From NCBI GenBank assembly GCA_963847125.1, contig CAWJYM010000006.1, positions 6,602-70,601 on the forward strand: a DNA stretch of 64,000 nt, given 5' to 3'. A program made the translations under genes and the position numbers. Each line of letters starts with the position of its first letter. The first letter of the stretch is position 1. Origin of the DNA: an uncultured Acidobacteriota bacterium (GTDB taxonomy: Bacteria; Acidobacteriota; Vicinamibacteria; Vicinamibacterales; 2-12-FULL-66-21). The notes beneath the pieces are model-generated. The model was not told the origin of the DNA and made no database searches. It worked only from the letters and a program-made list of their open reading frames with translations. Shown piece by piece: positions 9,321 through 22,663 of the stretch.

Positions 9321-10029
9321 ATGAAAAGGATCGGTTCACTGGCGCTTGTCGCCGTGACCCTCGTGGCGTTCTCCGGTTCGGGCGCTGCCTGGACGCGGCA
9401 GCAGCCGACCGTGGCAGATCCCCAAGCCCGGCGTGCCGGAGATCATGACGCTCGAGGGGATGTACGTGCGCGCCGCGTACAACAACGAAGGCTATGCGAT
9501 CCTCGGCTATCGTCTCGCCAACCTGTCGATCGGCGAAGAGTGGATGCTTCTCGAGTTCGGCACGACGGTTCGCGATGGCGTGCCGAACTACACGCTGAAA
9601 CGCGACGCGCTGTCGATCGAGACGCCGGACGGCAAGACCATTCCGATGGCGACCAACGCGGAGTACCTGAAGGTGGACCTGCGGGCGATGCAGAATCGCG
9701 AGAAGGTCCAGCGCGACTCGATCAACTACTTTCCGCCGAGCGCGACACACGCGTGCCGCATCGGGTTCTTCGCCGAGGTGGGCTCGCGCCAGATGGCGTT
9801 CGACGAGGTCGAGCTCAGCAACACGCGCGGATGCGTCGGCCGGATCTTCTTCCAGGTGCCGGGTGGGATTCAGTACGGCCAGCACTGGCTCAACGTGAAG
9901 TTCGAGAAGAGTCTCGTCCGCGTGCCGTTCAGGATCCTGACGAAGGACGAAGAGAAGCTGCTGTCGAAGAACTACAAGGACATCCGGAAGCAGGTCCAGG
10001 ACGCCTTCAAGCCGAAGAAATCGACCTGA
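9321..10029 (+). CDS. secreted or lipoprotein of unknown function (frame break near 9420)
   Basis: ATG 9321 follows a strong SD and gives MKRIGSLALVAVTLVAFSGSGAAW. It continues in ORF 9433..10029 (..IPKPGVPEIMTLEGMYVRAAYNNEGYAILGY..). I recognise no family. Confidence 0.45.
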
Positions 10030-10047
10030 CGGACGAGTAGCGCCATC

Positions 10048-11126
10048 GTGACGCCACCGATCACGGCGCTACTCACGCTCTATCTGAGTGTGGCGGCGGC
10101 TTCCCGCGCCGGCCAGGCGGTGGCGCAAGGCCGCGCCGCCGCAGGAGGCCGACGCCGACAAACACACCGGCCTTCAAGATCAGCGGCCTCGTCTACGGCG
10201 ACTACTACTATGTCGCCGCGAATCACCGCGACGAGCTCGTCGATCGGAACGGCTTCTGGCTCCGGCGTGTGTACTTCACGTACGACCACACGCTGACGCA
10301 GGCGTTCTCGTTGCGCGTTCGGCTCGAGGTGAACAGCGAGGGCGACTTCGTCTCGACCGGCGTCAACAGCCCGTACCTGAAGGACGCCTGGCTCAAATGG
10401 ACGCGCGGGTCGCACGCGCTCACCTTCGGCATGGCCTCGACACCACAGATCGAGTTCGTCGAAGGCTTTCAGGGCTACCGCTCGATCGAGAAAACCCCCA
10501 TCGATCTGTACCGCTGGGACTCCTCGCGGGACCTGGGCATCCTGCTGCAGGGCCGCCTCGGCGGCGCGCAGCGAACGAGCTACTCGGTCCAGGTGGGCAA
10601 CGGATCGGGAACCGAATCCGAAGTGGACCGGAGCAAGTCCGTGCGGGCGCAGCTGGCCCATCGCTTCGAGGGCGGCCTCGCGCTCGAGGGCTACGCCGAC
10701 TGGCAGGATCGACCCGACGGGCGAGACATCTCGACGCTCGAGGCGTTTGCCGGCTGGCAGGAAAAGACGTGGCGCGCGTCTCTCGAGTACGGCTCGCAGA
10801 AGCGTCGCGACGCCTCCGACTCGGGGGGCGATCTGGATCTCGAGTTCCTGTCCGCGTTTGCGACTGTCCAGCTGACCTCGAAGCTGGCGGCCGTGGGTCG
10901 AGTCGACCGCAGCTTCGACCCGATCCCGGACGGTGAGACGATCGACTACATGCCGTTTGCCGACACGGCCCGCTCGTTCTTTGGCTACGCGGCGATTGAC
11001 GTGACGCTTGCGCCGACGGTGCACCTCATTCCGAACGTCGAGTGGACGACGTACGGACGGGGACCGGACGGCACGACACCGGCATTCGACCTGGTTCCGC
11101 GTGTGACGCTGTTTTTCAGCTGGTAG
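10048..11126 (+). CDS. outer-membrane porin-like beta-barrel (frame break(s) near 10150)
   Basis: Signal-like VTPPITALLTLYLSVAAASRAGQAVAQ, then PAFKISGLVYGDYYYVAANHRDE.. in the frame of ORF 10269..11126. Alternating beta pattern, with an aromatic end ..RVTLFFSW. Confidence 0.55.
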
Positions 11127-11614
11127 ATCGAGCCCAACGATTCGAGACGGCTCGGGCCAGCGCATAGGGAAGCATGATCAACACGGGGCCCGACGACGAG
11201 CGCCGCGCCGGGATGCGAGACGCCCAGGATGATCCGCTGGAAGATCGCATCCATGAGGATGCCCATCAGCAGCAGGTTGATCACGGTCTGGAACGCGCTT
11301 CTCACGAGCGCGCCGCGCACACCCGAACGGAACAGCACGCCGGACAGATAGGGCGGCAGCCCCGCCTTCGCGTCAGCCAGCCCGCTTCGGACGCCCAGGA
11401 TGACCGCGACGAGGGGTTGCACGACGAATCGGAATTTACCCGGGCCGGCGAGCCTTCGGGGGATGTCCTCGAGGAAGGCGCGCGAAAAGAGATAGATGCC
11501 TCCCCGTTCGTACGCGTCACCGAGCGCCGCCGGCGCCGACAGCACGAGCACGAGCAGCGTGACGCTCGCGAGAATCGCGGTGACGCTCCCGCGACGCCAT
11601 CGATTCCACCTCAC
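11116..11614 (-). CDS. small integral membrane protein, unknown family (frame break at C4/G4 run 11185..11188)
   Basis: GTG 11614 overlaps the SulP stop (GTGA). Removing one base of the homopolymer gives ..HPGAALVVGPVLIMLPYALARAVSNRWARSTS with a stop at 11116. Confidence 0.45.
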
Positions 11615-13324
11615 GGCGACGCGCTGCGGTCCGGCGGCCGCGTCGACGCCTTCCAGTCAGACACGACGAGATCGACGGTTTGTCCCGATTGGAGCGGACC
11701 GTACTCCTGTTCGAAGCCGATCCGCCGGAGCGCCTCTCGGACCTCGCCGTGCACTTCGGCCAACCGGAACTCGATGCTCGCGAGCGCGGAAGTGTTTTGT
11801 GCAGGTCGGCGAGGAGCTCGGCGCCGGCGAGATCGATTCTCGGCACCGCGCCCATGAAGAACACGACGAGCCGCACGGCATCCGTGCGCACGTTCAGAAG
11901 CTCGAACAGCCGCTCACGCACGAATTCCACGTTGAAGTACAGCAGCGCCGACTCGCAGCGGACCACGAGCACGCCGGGCGTGCGTTCGTTATCCGGCTGA
12001 CGCGAACGGTCGGCGTAATAGGTCGTTCCGGGGACGCGCGTCAGCTCGGTGACCCGCGGGCGTGAGGCCTGGCGCAGCAGGAGCACGATCGATATCGCGG
12101 CCCCAAGCAGTACGCCGTTGACCGGCCCGGATCCGAGCACGCCGACGAGCGCCGCGATCGCCACGAAGAACTCCCCGCGGCTGAATCGCCAGATGTGCCG
12201 CAGCGCGTGGACGTCGACGAGGCTCATGACGGCGGCGAGCACGATCGCCGCCAGGACCGGCTGCGGCAGGTTCCGCAGCAGTCCGGAGGCAAAGAGCACG
12301 ACGAACGAGCGTGAAGATCGGCGGCGACCAGGCCCGACAGCGGCGTGCGCGCGCCCTGCGCTCTCGTTGACGAGCGACTGCGACATGCCGCCGCTCACCG
12401 GAAACCCGCGGCCGATTCCCGCGGCGAGATTGGCCGCGCCGATCGCCAGCAGTTCCTGATTCGCGTCGAACCGATGGCCGTGCTTCTGGCCGAACATCCG
12501 GCCGATGGCGGACGACTCCACCGCGGCGAGGACGAACGCCGCCAGCGCGATGGGCAGGAGCGCGTTCAGCTCGTGCGGCTGACAGGACGGCACGCCGAGC
12601 GAGCGGCAGGCCCTGCGGCACATCGCCCAGCAACGACACGCCCCGTGCCTCGAGGCTCAGGAATCGCGCCGCCAGCATGCCGGCGACGACGACAAGGAAC
12701 GCCACCGGCCGGTTCTTGAGCCAGAGCTTGCCGGCAATGAGAACGGTCAACGCAACCGCTCCCACGAGCAAGGACACCTCGTGCGTGTCGCCCAGATGCG
12801 CGAGGAAGTAGCCCGAGCGCTCCCAGAAATCGCCGTGCGTGCCCTTGAAGCCAAACAGCTTGGGAAGCTGCGTGCTCGCCAGGTACAGCGCCAGTCCCGC
12901 CTTGAAGCCGACGAGCACGGTTTCGGAAAAAAAGCCGACGGCAGTGCCGGCGCGGACGAGCCACGCCACGAACGCAATGCCGCGACACGATCAGCGCCAC
13001 GCACGCAGCCAGGGCCGCGTGCCGCGCCGGATCGCCGGCGCTCAACTCCCCCACCGACGCGCCGACGAGCAATGACAGCGCCGACGTGACGGTCACGACG
13101 GTGTGCTTCGAGCTGCAGAACAGCCAGAAGATCAGCCCGGAAAAGAGGCACGCGTAGAGGCCCGCTTCGGGCGGAAGGCCGGCGAGCGACGCGTCGCCGA
13201 TCCCCGCGGGCAGGAGGTAGGCGGCAAGCGTGAGGCCGGCGATGAGATCGGGCCGCAGCCACTCGGCCCGATACTCAGGCAGCCACCGGAGGGCCGGCAG
13301 CGCCAGCGCGGTAGGTACGGTCAC
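11611..13324 (-). CDS. SulP-family anion transporter with C-terminal STAS domain (at least 6 frame breaks)
   Basis: Pieces lie in ORFs 12566..13324, 11989..12969 and 11517..12623. They include LPAGIGDASLAGLPPEAGLY, FFSETVLVGFKAGLALYLA, GGMSQSLVNESAGARTPLSGLV (the last only after frame correction), and the STAS part VLVVRCESALLYFNVEF...LAGAELLADLHKTL. Confidence 0.7.
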
Positions 13325-13734
13325 GTTCTCCGGCGCCGCTTGACGTGCAGCTGCGCCAGCGACCGCGCGAGCGAGGCGTTGACCGACGCGACCTCCTCAT
13401 CCGAGATCTTCTCGCGAAGTCGGGCTGCGGCGCGCTGGCGCGCCTCCTCCACTTTGGCTTCATCGACCTGCTCGGCGGGAATCGCCATGTCGGTGACGAT
13501 CGACACGCGGTCGGCGGTGATCTCCACGAGCCCTTCGCCCACCGCGAGCAACCGATCCTGCCCGTCCCTGGTGACGATGATCCCGCCCGGCACGATTTGC
13601 GTGATGAGCCTGACGTGGTGCGGATACACCCCGAGCTCTCCCTCGATGCCCGGCAGGGTGACCATGTGGACGTCCTCGGAGAAGACGGTCCCCTGCGGCG
13701 TGACGATTTCCAGCTTGAGGGTGTCCATACTCAT
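13321..13734 (-). CDS. atpC: F1 ATP synthase epsilon subunit
   Basis: Intact 137-aa ORF at the last position of the atp operon. Its stop overlaps the SulP GTG start (GTGA). Confidence 0.85.
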   Translation of the reverse strand: MSMDTLKLEIVTPQGTVFSEDVHMVTLPGIEGELGVYPHHVRLITQIVPGGIIVTRDGQDRLLAVGEGLVEITADRVSIVTDMAIPAEQVDEAKVEEARQRAAARLREKISDEEVASVNASLARSLAQLHVKRRRRT

Positions 13735-13876
13735 ATGGGGCTCCGCCCCAAACCCCGGCTCGGTCGCTCGCGCCCTTCGACGCTGCTCAGGGCGTCCCGA
13801 GCAACGTCGAGGGACGGGGGCCCCTACGCCCCGCTCCGCTCCCTCGCGAGGCGCGCCGTGCGCGCCTCAACCCGCC
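13735..13876. repeat. GC-rich REP-like intergenic element with internal hairpin
   Basis: Fills the whole atpD-atpC spacer. CCCTTCGACG..CGTCGAGGG inverted repeat. No ORF support. Confidence 0.4.
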
Positions 13877-15282
<1,406 letters not shown>

Positions 15283-15318
15283 GCTCCTACCTGTCTGCGA
15301 AATCTGAGAGTGTTCGGC

Positions 15319-16185
15319 TCATTCGGCCTGACCGCCCGCGATCTCCAGTAGTTCCTTCGTGATGTTGCCCTGCCGCAGCTTGTTGTATTCCAGCTTCAGC
15401 GCATCGATCAGGGTCTCCGCGCTGTCGGTGGCGTTCTTCATCGACACCATGCGCGCGCTCTGCTCGCTGGCCTTGGCATTCAGCAACACGTAATAGATGT
15501 AGATATTCAGGTAGTGTCCGAGGAGATAGCCCAGAAGCGCCTCGGGGCTGGGCTCGAACAGCGTTTCGGCCGTGTCGGCCGCCAGGGCCTCCTCGCGTTG
15601 CGCCCCGACGACCTTGACGCCTTTGATCTCCCCCACCGGCAGATACTCGATGGACACCGGCTCCTGCGTGAGCGTGTTGACGAAACGTGTCGTGACGATC
15701 CGGACCTGATCCACCTCCCCCTTCAGGAAGAGGTCGCGGGCGAAGCCGGCGATGGCTCTCGCTTCGGGAAACGTCGGCGAATCGCCGTAGGCGAACTCGG
15801 CGGCCAGATTCCGTCCGGTGCGGGCGACGAACTGCGCGGCTTTGCGGCCGGCCGTGATGAAGATCGTCGACGCCGGATCGAACTGCGCCGCGACGCGGAA
15901 GACGTTGGTGTTGAGCGCCCCGCAGAGGCCCTTGTCGGCCGCGATCAGGATGACCGCGCGCTTGCGGACCTCGCGCGCTTCCAGAAGCGGATGGGTGAAG
16001 TCGACGGTCCGCGTGGTCGCGCTGCGCTGGATGCGGTACAGGAGGCGCGCGAAGGGCTGGGTGGCAATCGCCGCCTGTTGCGCCTTGCGCATCTTCGACG
16101 CGGCCACCATCTGCATGGCTTTCGTGATCTGCGCGGTGCCGCTGATCGACTTGATCCGCCGGCGAAGCTCGCGGGGGCTGGCCAT
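15319..16185 (-). CDS. atpG: F1 ATP synthase gamma subunit
   Basis: Intact 288-aa ORF with ..[17 protein letters not shown].. and ..[12 protein letters not shown]. Confidence 0.9.
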   Translation of the reverse strand: MASPRELRRRIKSISGTAQITKAMQMVAASKMRKAQQAAIATQPFARLLYRIQRSATTRTVDFTHPLLEAREVRKRAVILIAADKGLCGALNTNVFRVAAQFDPASTIFITAGRKAAQFVARTGRNLAAEFAYGDSPTFPEARAIAGFARDLFLKGEVDQVRIVTTRFVNTLTQEPVSIEYLPVGEIKGVKVVGAQREEALAADTAETLFEPSPEALLGYLLGHYLNIYIYYVLLNAKASEQSARMVSMKNATDSAETLIDALKLEYNKLRQGNITKELLEIAGGQAE

Positions 16186-16186
16186 C

Positions 16187-17721
<1,535 letters not shown>

Positions 17722-17759
17722 GTGTCTCTCACCTCACCGCGCTGCCGGACGGCTCGACC

Positions 17760-18152
17760 TCACAAGCGCGCCGCGAGAGCGGCCAGCCGCGCCCTCACGG
17801 TGCCGTCGTACACGTCGCTGCCGACCTTTATGCGCATGCCACCGATGAGCGCCGGGTTCTGGCCGAACGACGTTTCCAGCCCGCGGCCATAGACGCGCGT
17901 CAGGCCGGCCTGGACGGTTTCGCGCACGCTGCCGGCGAGCGGCGCCGCGGTCTCGACGACAGCCGTATGCCGATCGCGTTCGAGTCGCACCAGGCGCTGA
18001 AAGCCAGACAAGATGGGCAGAGCGCCTCGGCGCCTGGACTGGGCGACACCCCGCGCGACCTGCCGGACGCGGCCCTCGTCCAGCAGGCCGTCGACCAGAC
18101 ACAGCTGGAACAGTTGTCGCGCCGCGCGCCTGGCCTTTCGGCTCTGCTTCAT
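17760..18152 (-). CDS. atpH: F1 ATP synthase delta (OSCP) subunit, short form
   Basis: 130-aa ORF between atpF and atpA, with a C-terminus ..ALIGGMRIKVGSDVYDGTVRARL typical of delta. Confidence 0.7.
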   Translation of the reverse strand: MKQSRKARRAARQLFQLCLVDGLLDEGRVRQVARGVAQSRRRGALPILSGFQRLVRLERDRHTAVVETAAPLAGSVRETVQAGLTRVYGRGLETSFGQNPALIGGMRIKVGSDVYDGTVRARLAALAARL

Positions 18153-18154
18153 TC

Positions 18155-18664
18155 CTACGACGCCAGTTGCCTGGCCGTCTCCTCCGCGAGCCGGCGATGA
18201 TCCTCCGGCGTCAGGACCTTGCCCGTGACCGTCGCGGTCGTCTCCACGACGAGCCGGCCGACCTCGCGCTTCAACTCAGTGAGCATGTGGGCACGGTCCC
18301 GCTCGGTGGCTTCGCGCGCCCTGATCATGATCTGTTCGGCGGCGGCGATCGCCTTCTGAGTTTCCTGCGCCTGGACGCGGGCGGCCGCGGCGCGCGCTTC
18401 CTCGATCAGCCGCTTGCCCTCGGCATCGGCCTTCATCAGCACCGTCTGACGGTCCGCTTCGATGCGCGCCAGCTCCGCTTTGATCTTCTCGGCGTTGGCC
18501 AGACCGCTCGCGATCTGCTGCCGCCGCGCCTCCAGCATCCGGAGAATCGGTTTGTACGCGAGGAGGTACAGGACGCCGCACACGATCCCGAAGCTGACGA
18601 TCTGGGCACCCAGATGAGGCCAGTCGACGCCGAACGTGCGGGCGACCTGTTCGATCTGTCCCAT
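18155..18664 (-). CDS. atpF: Fo ATP synthase b subunit
   Basis: 169 aa. One N-terminal TM segment, then a long charged helix (..EARRQQIASGLANAEKIKAELARIEADRQ..). Confidence 0.8.
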   Translation of the reverse strand: MGQIEQVARTFGVDWPHLGAQIVSFGIVCGVLYLLAYKPILRMLEARRQQIASGLANAEKIKAELARIEADRQTVLMKADAEGKRLIEEARAAAARVQAQETQKAIAAAEQIMIRAREATERDRAHMLTELKREVGRLVVETTATVTGKVLTPEDHRRLAEETARQLAS

Positions 18665-18673
18665 GCTGACCGC

Positions 18674-18865
18674 CTACTGCTGCACGAGGAACAGGGCGTA
18701 GAACACAATCGCCTCGGCGAAGGCGATGGCCAGAATGGACTGGACCATGATCTTCGTGGACGCGCCGGGATTCCGGCCGACCGCTATCGACGCGCCCTGG
18801 CCGATCAACCCCACGCCGATGGCCGCGCCAAGAGCCGCGAGGCCGACATGAATGCTTCCGATCAT
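18674..18865 (-). CDS. atpE: Fo ATP synthase c subunit
   Basis: 63-aa hairpin protein with an RNP loop and the carboxylate in ..AIAFAEAIVFYALF. Confidence 0.85.
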   Translation of the reverse strand: MIGSIHVGLAALGAAIGVGLIGQGASIAVGRNPGASTKIMVQSILAIAFAEAIVFYALFLVQQ

Positions 18866-18890
18866 CTGAGTTGTCCTTTCTGTCCGGCGT

Positions 18891-19745
18891 TCAGCCGTGC
18901 GCGGCCGCGGCCCCGGCTTCCTCGTGATGCTGACAAATCAACAGCGTGAAGACAGCGGTCAGCAACATGAAGACCATCGCCTGCACCAGACCCACCAGCA
19001 GCTCCATGAAATAGAACGGTATCGGCAGCAACCACCCGAGACCCGGCACGATCGTGGCCATGGCCTCGAGCATGTTCTCGCCTGCGAAGATGTTCCCGTA
19101 GAGACGAAAGCTCAGTGAGACGGGGCGGAACAGGATCGACACGATCTCCAGGCAACCGGCGGCGAAGAACACGACGACCATCAGGACCTTCAAGAACCCC
19201 GTCGTCTCTCCCTTCGGCGCAAAGAGCTCCTTGACGATGCCGCGCGGGCCGGTTTCCTGGAGCGCCCAGATGATCCACCACGCGAAGAACACCAGCGCCA
19301 TCGCCAGCGTCAGGTTGAGATCGGCGTTCGCTCCCCGAAAAAGGGGCTGTTCGATGACGAACCGGTGAGCGGTCTGGTGTCCCCACCCGATCGTTCCAAC
19401 GCCAGGGATGAGGCCCATCCAGTTCGCCGCGAGGATGAAAATGAAGGTGGTCGCGAAGAACCAGAAGGTCCGCTCGACCAGGTGCTTGCCGATGATGCTC
19501 TCCAGGAGGCCGTACAGGCTCTCCACCAGCCACTCCAGGAAGTTCTGAGCGCCCTTTGGAACCTGGGTCATCTTGCGTGTCGCGATTTGGGCAAAGACGA
19601 TCAGCCCAAGTGCCACGATCCACGTGACGACCATGGAGTTCGTGATGGGAAAGCCGAATGGACGCCCGATCTCGACCGCCTTCTGCGACAAGCCGTGTCC
19701 GACCGGTTCGGCGAGGCCGAAGCAGACGATGTCGAGGATGTTCAT
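18891..19745 (-). CDS. atpB: Fo ATP synthase a subunit
   Basis: 284-aa polytopic ORF with the stator arginine region ..SLSFRLYGNIFAGE.. Confidence 0.85.
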   Translation of the reverse strand: MNILDIVCFGLAEPVGHGLSQKAVEIGRPFGFPITNSMVVTWIVALGLIVFAQIATRKMTQVPKGAQNFLEWLVESLYGLLESIIGKHLVERTFWFFATTFIFILAANWMGLIPGVGTIGWGHQTAHRFVIEQPLFRGANADLNLTLAMALVFFAWWIIWALQETGPRGIVKELFAPKGETTGFLKVLMVVVFFAAGCLEIVSILFRPVSLSFRLYGNIFAGENMLEAMATIVPGLGWLLPIPFYFMELLVGLVQAMVFMLLTAVFTLLICQHHEEAGAAAAHG

Positions 19746-19768
19746 GCGAGTGCCGCGTTCTCGCCGGC

Positions 19769-19784
19769 AGCACGGCGCGTGCCA
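19769..19784 (-). promoter_or_regulatory. sigma-54 promoter candidate P3 upstream of atpB
   Basis: The minus strand reads TGGCACGCGCCGTGCT, with GG at 19783/82 and GC at 19771/70. Predicted +1 is about 19758, 13 nt before the atpB ATG. Confidence 0.5.
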
Positions 19785-19887
19785 CGGGCTGGCCGATCGA
19801 CACGGATCCAGCGAGCCCGCGGATCGGCTGGTACAACGGAGACTTCGCGTCGCGGGTCCAGGGTCCTATCGACGGTCCGGCCTCCGG

Positions 19888-19915
19888 TATTCCGGACGTT
19901 CTCCGCGATGCCGGA
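19888..19915. promoter_or_regulatory. 28-bp conserved site B (putative enhancer/UAS)
   Basis: TATTCCGGACGTTCTCCGCGATGCCGGA. It lies 119 bp from the P3 -24 and 99 bp from the P4 -24. Confidence 0.55.
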
Positions 19916-19998
19916 GGGTGCCCGCCGCCGTTTGAATCACGACCGGCCGATTCGCCGCACTTGCGGGACTCCGGAGGCCTTCGAGCAGGGTGCCGCCT

Positions 19999-20014
19999 TG
20001 GTACGTCTGCTGCA
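19999..20014 (+). promoter_or_regulatory. sigma-54 promoter candidate P4
   Basis: TGGTACGTCTGCTGCA, with GG at 20000/01 and GC at 20012/13. GAGGAG SD and ATG 20084 lie downstream. Confidence 0.5.
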
Positions 20015-20083
20015 ATCGACTCGGCCCGCCCGCCTTCGCCTTCGGCTTCGGCGCGGCAAGCACTTGCGCTGCTGAGGAGTGAG

Positions 20084-20674
20084 ATGGCCATGGCTACGAT
20101 GACTATTGGACAGGCGACGATTCACGGCGTGCTTTCCTTCACGGTGTTCATGGCAGCCGCTTCGACAGCGCAGCCACAGACAGCCGTCGAAACCTTCACG
20201 GCAACGGCGGCGGTCAAGACCGCCGCGGCCGCGACGGCCAGCGCGCCCGTGACGCTGACCGTCGACCGGAAGATGTCGCAGGCCGAAGCGGACACGCTCG
20301 TCGCCGCCTTCAAGGCGGGCGGGGTCGCGGGACTGCGCAAGGCGCTCGTCGGCGTTGCTCCGACGGGCTCGGTGCGGCTCGGCGACGGGACTCCGACGCC
20401 TACGCGCCTGACCATCGAGCGGCCGACCGACAGAGGGCGGCTCCTCACCATGGTGACCGACAAGCCAATCCTGTTTCTGGGCGCCGGCATGGCTGGCGCC
20501 AAGCCGAAGGAGGGCTACGACTTCGCCATCGTCGACATCGAGGTCGACGCCCAGGGCAAGGGATCCGGCACGCTGGCCCCCGCGGCAAAGGTCACCGTCA
20601 AGGAAGGCGTGTTCGTCGTGGATGATTACGCCTCGGAGGTCGTCCGGCTGACCGGGGTCAGCAGGGTGAAGTAG
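20084..20674 (+). CDS. secreted protein of unknown function
   Basis: The in-frame ATG within ORF 19658..20674 follows GAGGAG and gives the signal-like MAMATMTIGQATIHGVLSFTVFMAAASTAQ. I recognise no family. Confidence 0.45.
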   Translation: MAMATMTIGQATIHGVLSFTVFMAAASTAQPQTAVETFTATAAVKTAAAATASAPVTLTVDRKMSQAEADTLVAAFKAGGVAGLRKALVGVAPTGSVRLGDGTPTPTRLTIERPTDRGRLLTMVTDKPILFLGAGMAGAKPKEGYDFAIVDIEVDAQGKGSGTLAPAAKVTVKEGVFVVDDYASEVVRLTGVSRVK

Positions 20675-20684
20675 GGCTCAAAAA

Positions 20685-22640
20685 TTGACTGTGGCGAGTC
20701 GAAGCATCGATCTGGCGGAGACGTCTCGGCTGGCAATCGAGGCGTTGCCGAGCGGCGTTCTGATCGCAGACGTCAACGGCACGATTGCGCTCGTCAATCG
20801 CGAGCTGGAACGACAGTTCGGCTACACGCGCGCGGAGCTCGTCGGACAGAACGTCGATCTGGTGCTGCCCGAGGCCTCGAACCTGATTCACGCCGCGCAC
20901 CCGGCAGGTTTCGAGCACGCCCCCTCGGCGCCGATCATGGGAGCCGGCCGTGAGCGTTTCGGCCGCCGCAAGGACGGTTCGCAGATCCAGGTGGAGATCG
21001 GGCTCAGACCGGTCCAGCTCGCGGATAGCTTCTTCGTGCTCGCTTCCGTCGTGGACACCACGCAGCGCGACGAGCTGGAACGCGTCCGCCAGGCCGCCTT
21101 CGAGGAACAGCTCGAGTTCGAGCGGTTCATCGCCGAGCTGTCAGGTCAGTTCATCAATCTCGACGCCGACCGGATCGACGAAGCGATCCGGAGTGGTCTC
21201 GGCCGCATCTGCGCGCAGCTCGGTCTGGACCGAGGCAGCTTCTACCGGATAGGACCGGATGGCGAGCTCTTCGTCGATTGCGTCGGCTGGGTGGCGCCCG
21301 GCGTGCCACCGATCGACGGGCCCATTCCTGCGAAGGAACGGCTGCCCTGGGCGCTCGGACGGCTCCGTGCGGGGGAGGTCGTGTCCTTTTCGACGCGCGA
21401 CGACGTGCCGAGCGACGTCGATCGCGCCAGCTACGCGGCGCTCGGCATCCGGTCGGCACTGGTGATACCCCTGTCTGTCGACGACCGCATCGAAGGCGCA
21501 GTGGGCTTCAACGCCGTACGCGAGGACCGGCCGTGGCCGCCGGAGGTCGTGCACCGCCTCGAGGTCGTCGCGGGCGTGTTCGCGCAGCTCCTGGCGCGGC
21601 AGCGGCGTGACGAGGCGCTGCGCGCCGCGACGGCCGAAGCGCAGCGTCTGAAGGAGCAATTACAGTCGGAGAACGTGTACCTACGGAGGGAGGCGCGGGA
21701 ACGTCTGGGGCCCAGCCGCGCCGTGGGCCAGGGCGCCGCCGTGCGGTTAGTGCTGGAGCAGATCGAGCAGGTCGCGGCGACCGATTCGACGGTCCTGCTG
21801 CTGGGGGAGACCGGGACGGGAAAGGAGCTCTTTGCGACGCAGATCCACGAGCTGAGCGAACGTCACGGCCGGGCGATGGTCAGGGTCAACTGCGCGGCGA
21901 TCCCGGCGACGCTGATCGAGAGCGAGCTGTTCGGGCGCGAGAAGGGGGCTTTCACAGGCGCGCTGGCGCGGCAGGTCGGTCGCTTCGAGCTGGCGGATCA
22001 CTCGACGATCTTCCTCGATGAAATCGGCGATCTGCCCCCCGACGTGCAGGTGAAGCTGCTGCGCGTGCTCGAGGAACGACAGATCGAGCGGCTGGGCAGT
22101 CCGCGGCCGATCGCGGTGGATACCCGGATCATCGCCGCCACGCACCGGAACCTTGAGCAGCGGATCGCGGAGGGCCTCTTCCGGGAAGATCTCTACTACC
22201 GGCTGAGCGTGTTTCCCATTCACGTGCCGCCTTTGCGCGAGCGCGTCGAGGACATTCCGCTGCTCGTCTGGCGGTTCGTGGAGGAATTCTCGAAGGCGTT
22301 CGGCAAGCGCGTGGACTCCATCGACAAGGACAACCTCGTGGCCCTGCAGCAATACGCGTGGCCCGGGAACATCCGGGAGTTACGCAACGTCGTGGAGCGC
22401 GCGATGATCGGCGCGACGGGCCCGCGGGTGACCATCGCGCTCCCGCAGCCGACGCCGGCAGCGAGCCGCCGCAGCGGGAAGCTCGTCGACGTCGAGCGAG
22501 AGCACATCCGGAGCGTGCTCGAGGGCACGGGCTGGAGGATTCGAGGCCCCGGCGGGGCGGCCGAGCGGCTCGGAATGAAGCCCACGACCCTCGAGACGCG
22601 AATGGCAAAACTCGGGCTCAGGCGCCCCGGCCACCGCTAG
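20685..22640 (+). CDS. sigma-54-dependent transcriptional activator, PAS-GAF-AAA+-HTH (bEBP-1)
   Basis: Intact 651 aa. Contains GETGTGKE Walker A, the GAFTGA loop (EKGAFTGA), and the C-terminal [26 protein letters not shown]. Confidence 0.85.
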   Translation: MTVASRSIDLAETSRLAIEALPSGVLIADVNGTIALVNRELERQFGYTRAELVGQNVDLVLPEASNLIHAAHPAGFEHAPSAPIMGAGRERFGRRKDGSQIQVEIGLRPVQLADSFFVLASVVDTTQRDELERVRQAAFEEQLEFERFIAELSGQFINLDADRIDEAIRSGLGRICAQLGLDRGSFYRIGPDGELFVDCVGWVAPGVPPIDGPIPAKERLPWALGRLRAGEVVSFSTRDDVPSDVDRASYAALGIRSALVIPLSVDDRIEGAVGFNAVREDRPWPPEVVHRLEVVAGVFAQLLARQRRDEALRAATAEAQRLKEQLQSENVYLRREARERLGPSRAVGQGAAVRLVLEQIEQVAATDSTVLLLGETGTGKELFATQIHELSERHGRAMVRVNCAAIPATLIESELFGREKGAFTGALARQVGRFELADHSTIFLDEIGDLPPDVQVKLLRVLEERQIERLGSPRPIAVDTRIIAATHRNLEQRIAEGLFREDLYYRLSVFPIHVPPLRERVEDIPLLVWRFVEEFSKAFGKRVDSIDKDNLVALQQYAWPGNIRELRNVVERAMIGATGPRVTIALPQPTPAASRRSGKLVDVEREHIRSVLEGTGWRIRGPGGAAERLGMKPTTLETRMAKLGLRRPGHR

Positions 22641-22663
22641 GCCTCGGCTCGTGCCTTCTCAGG

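Noticed and set aside
18674-18865. Na+-specific c subunit or N-type ATPase.
   Set aside because: The Gln of helix 1 (LIGQG) and the Glu/Tyr of helix 2 (AEAIVFY) are present, but the Ser/Thr following the Glu in Na+-binding c rings is Ala-Ile here. This resembles H+-type rings such as the cyanobacterial one. The operon order atpBEFHAGDC, with delta present, is a normal F-type arrangement.
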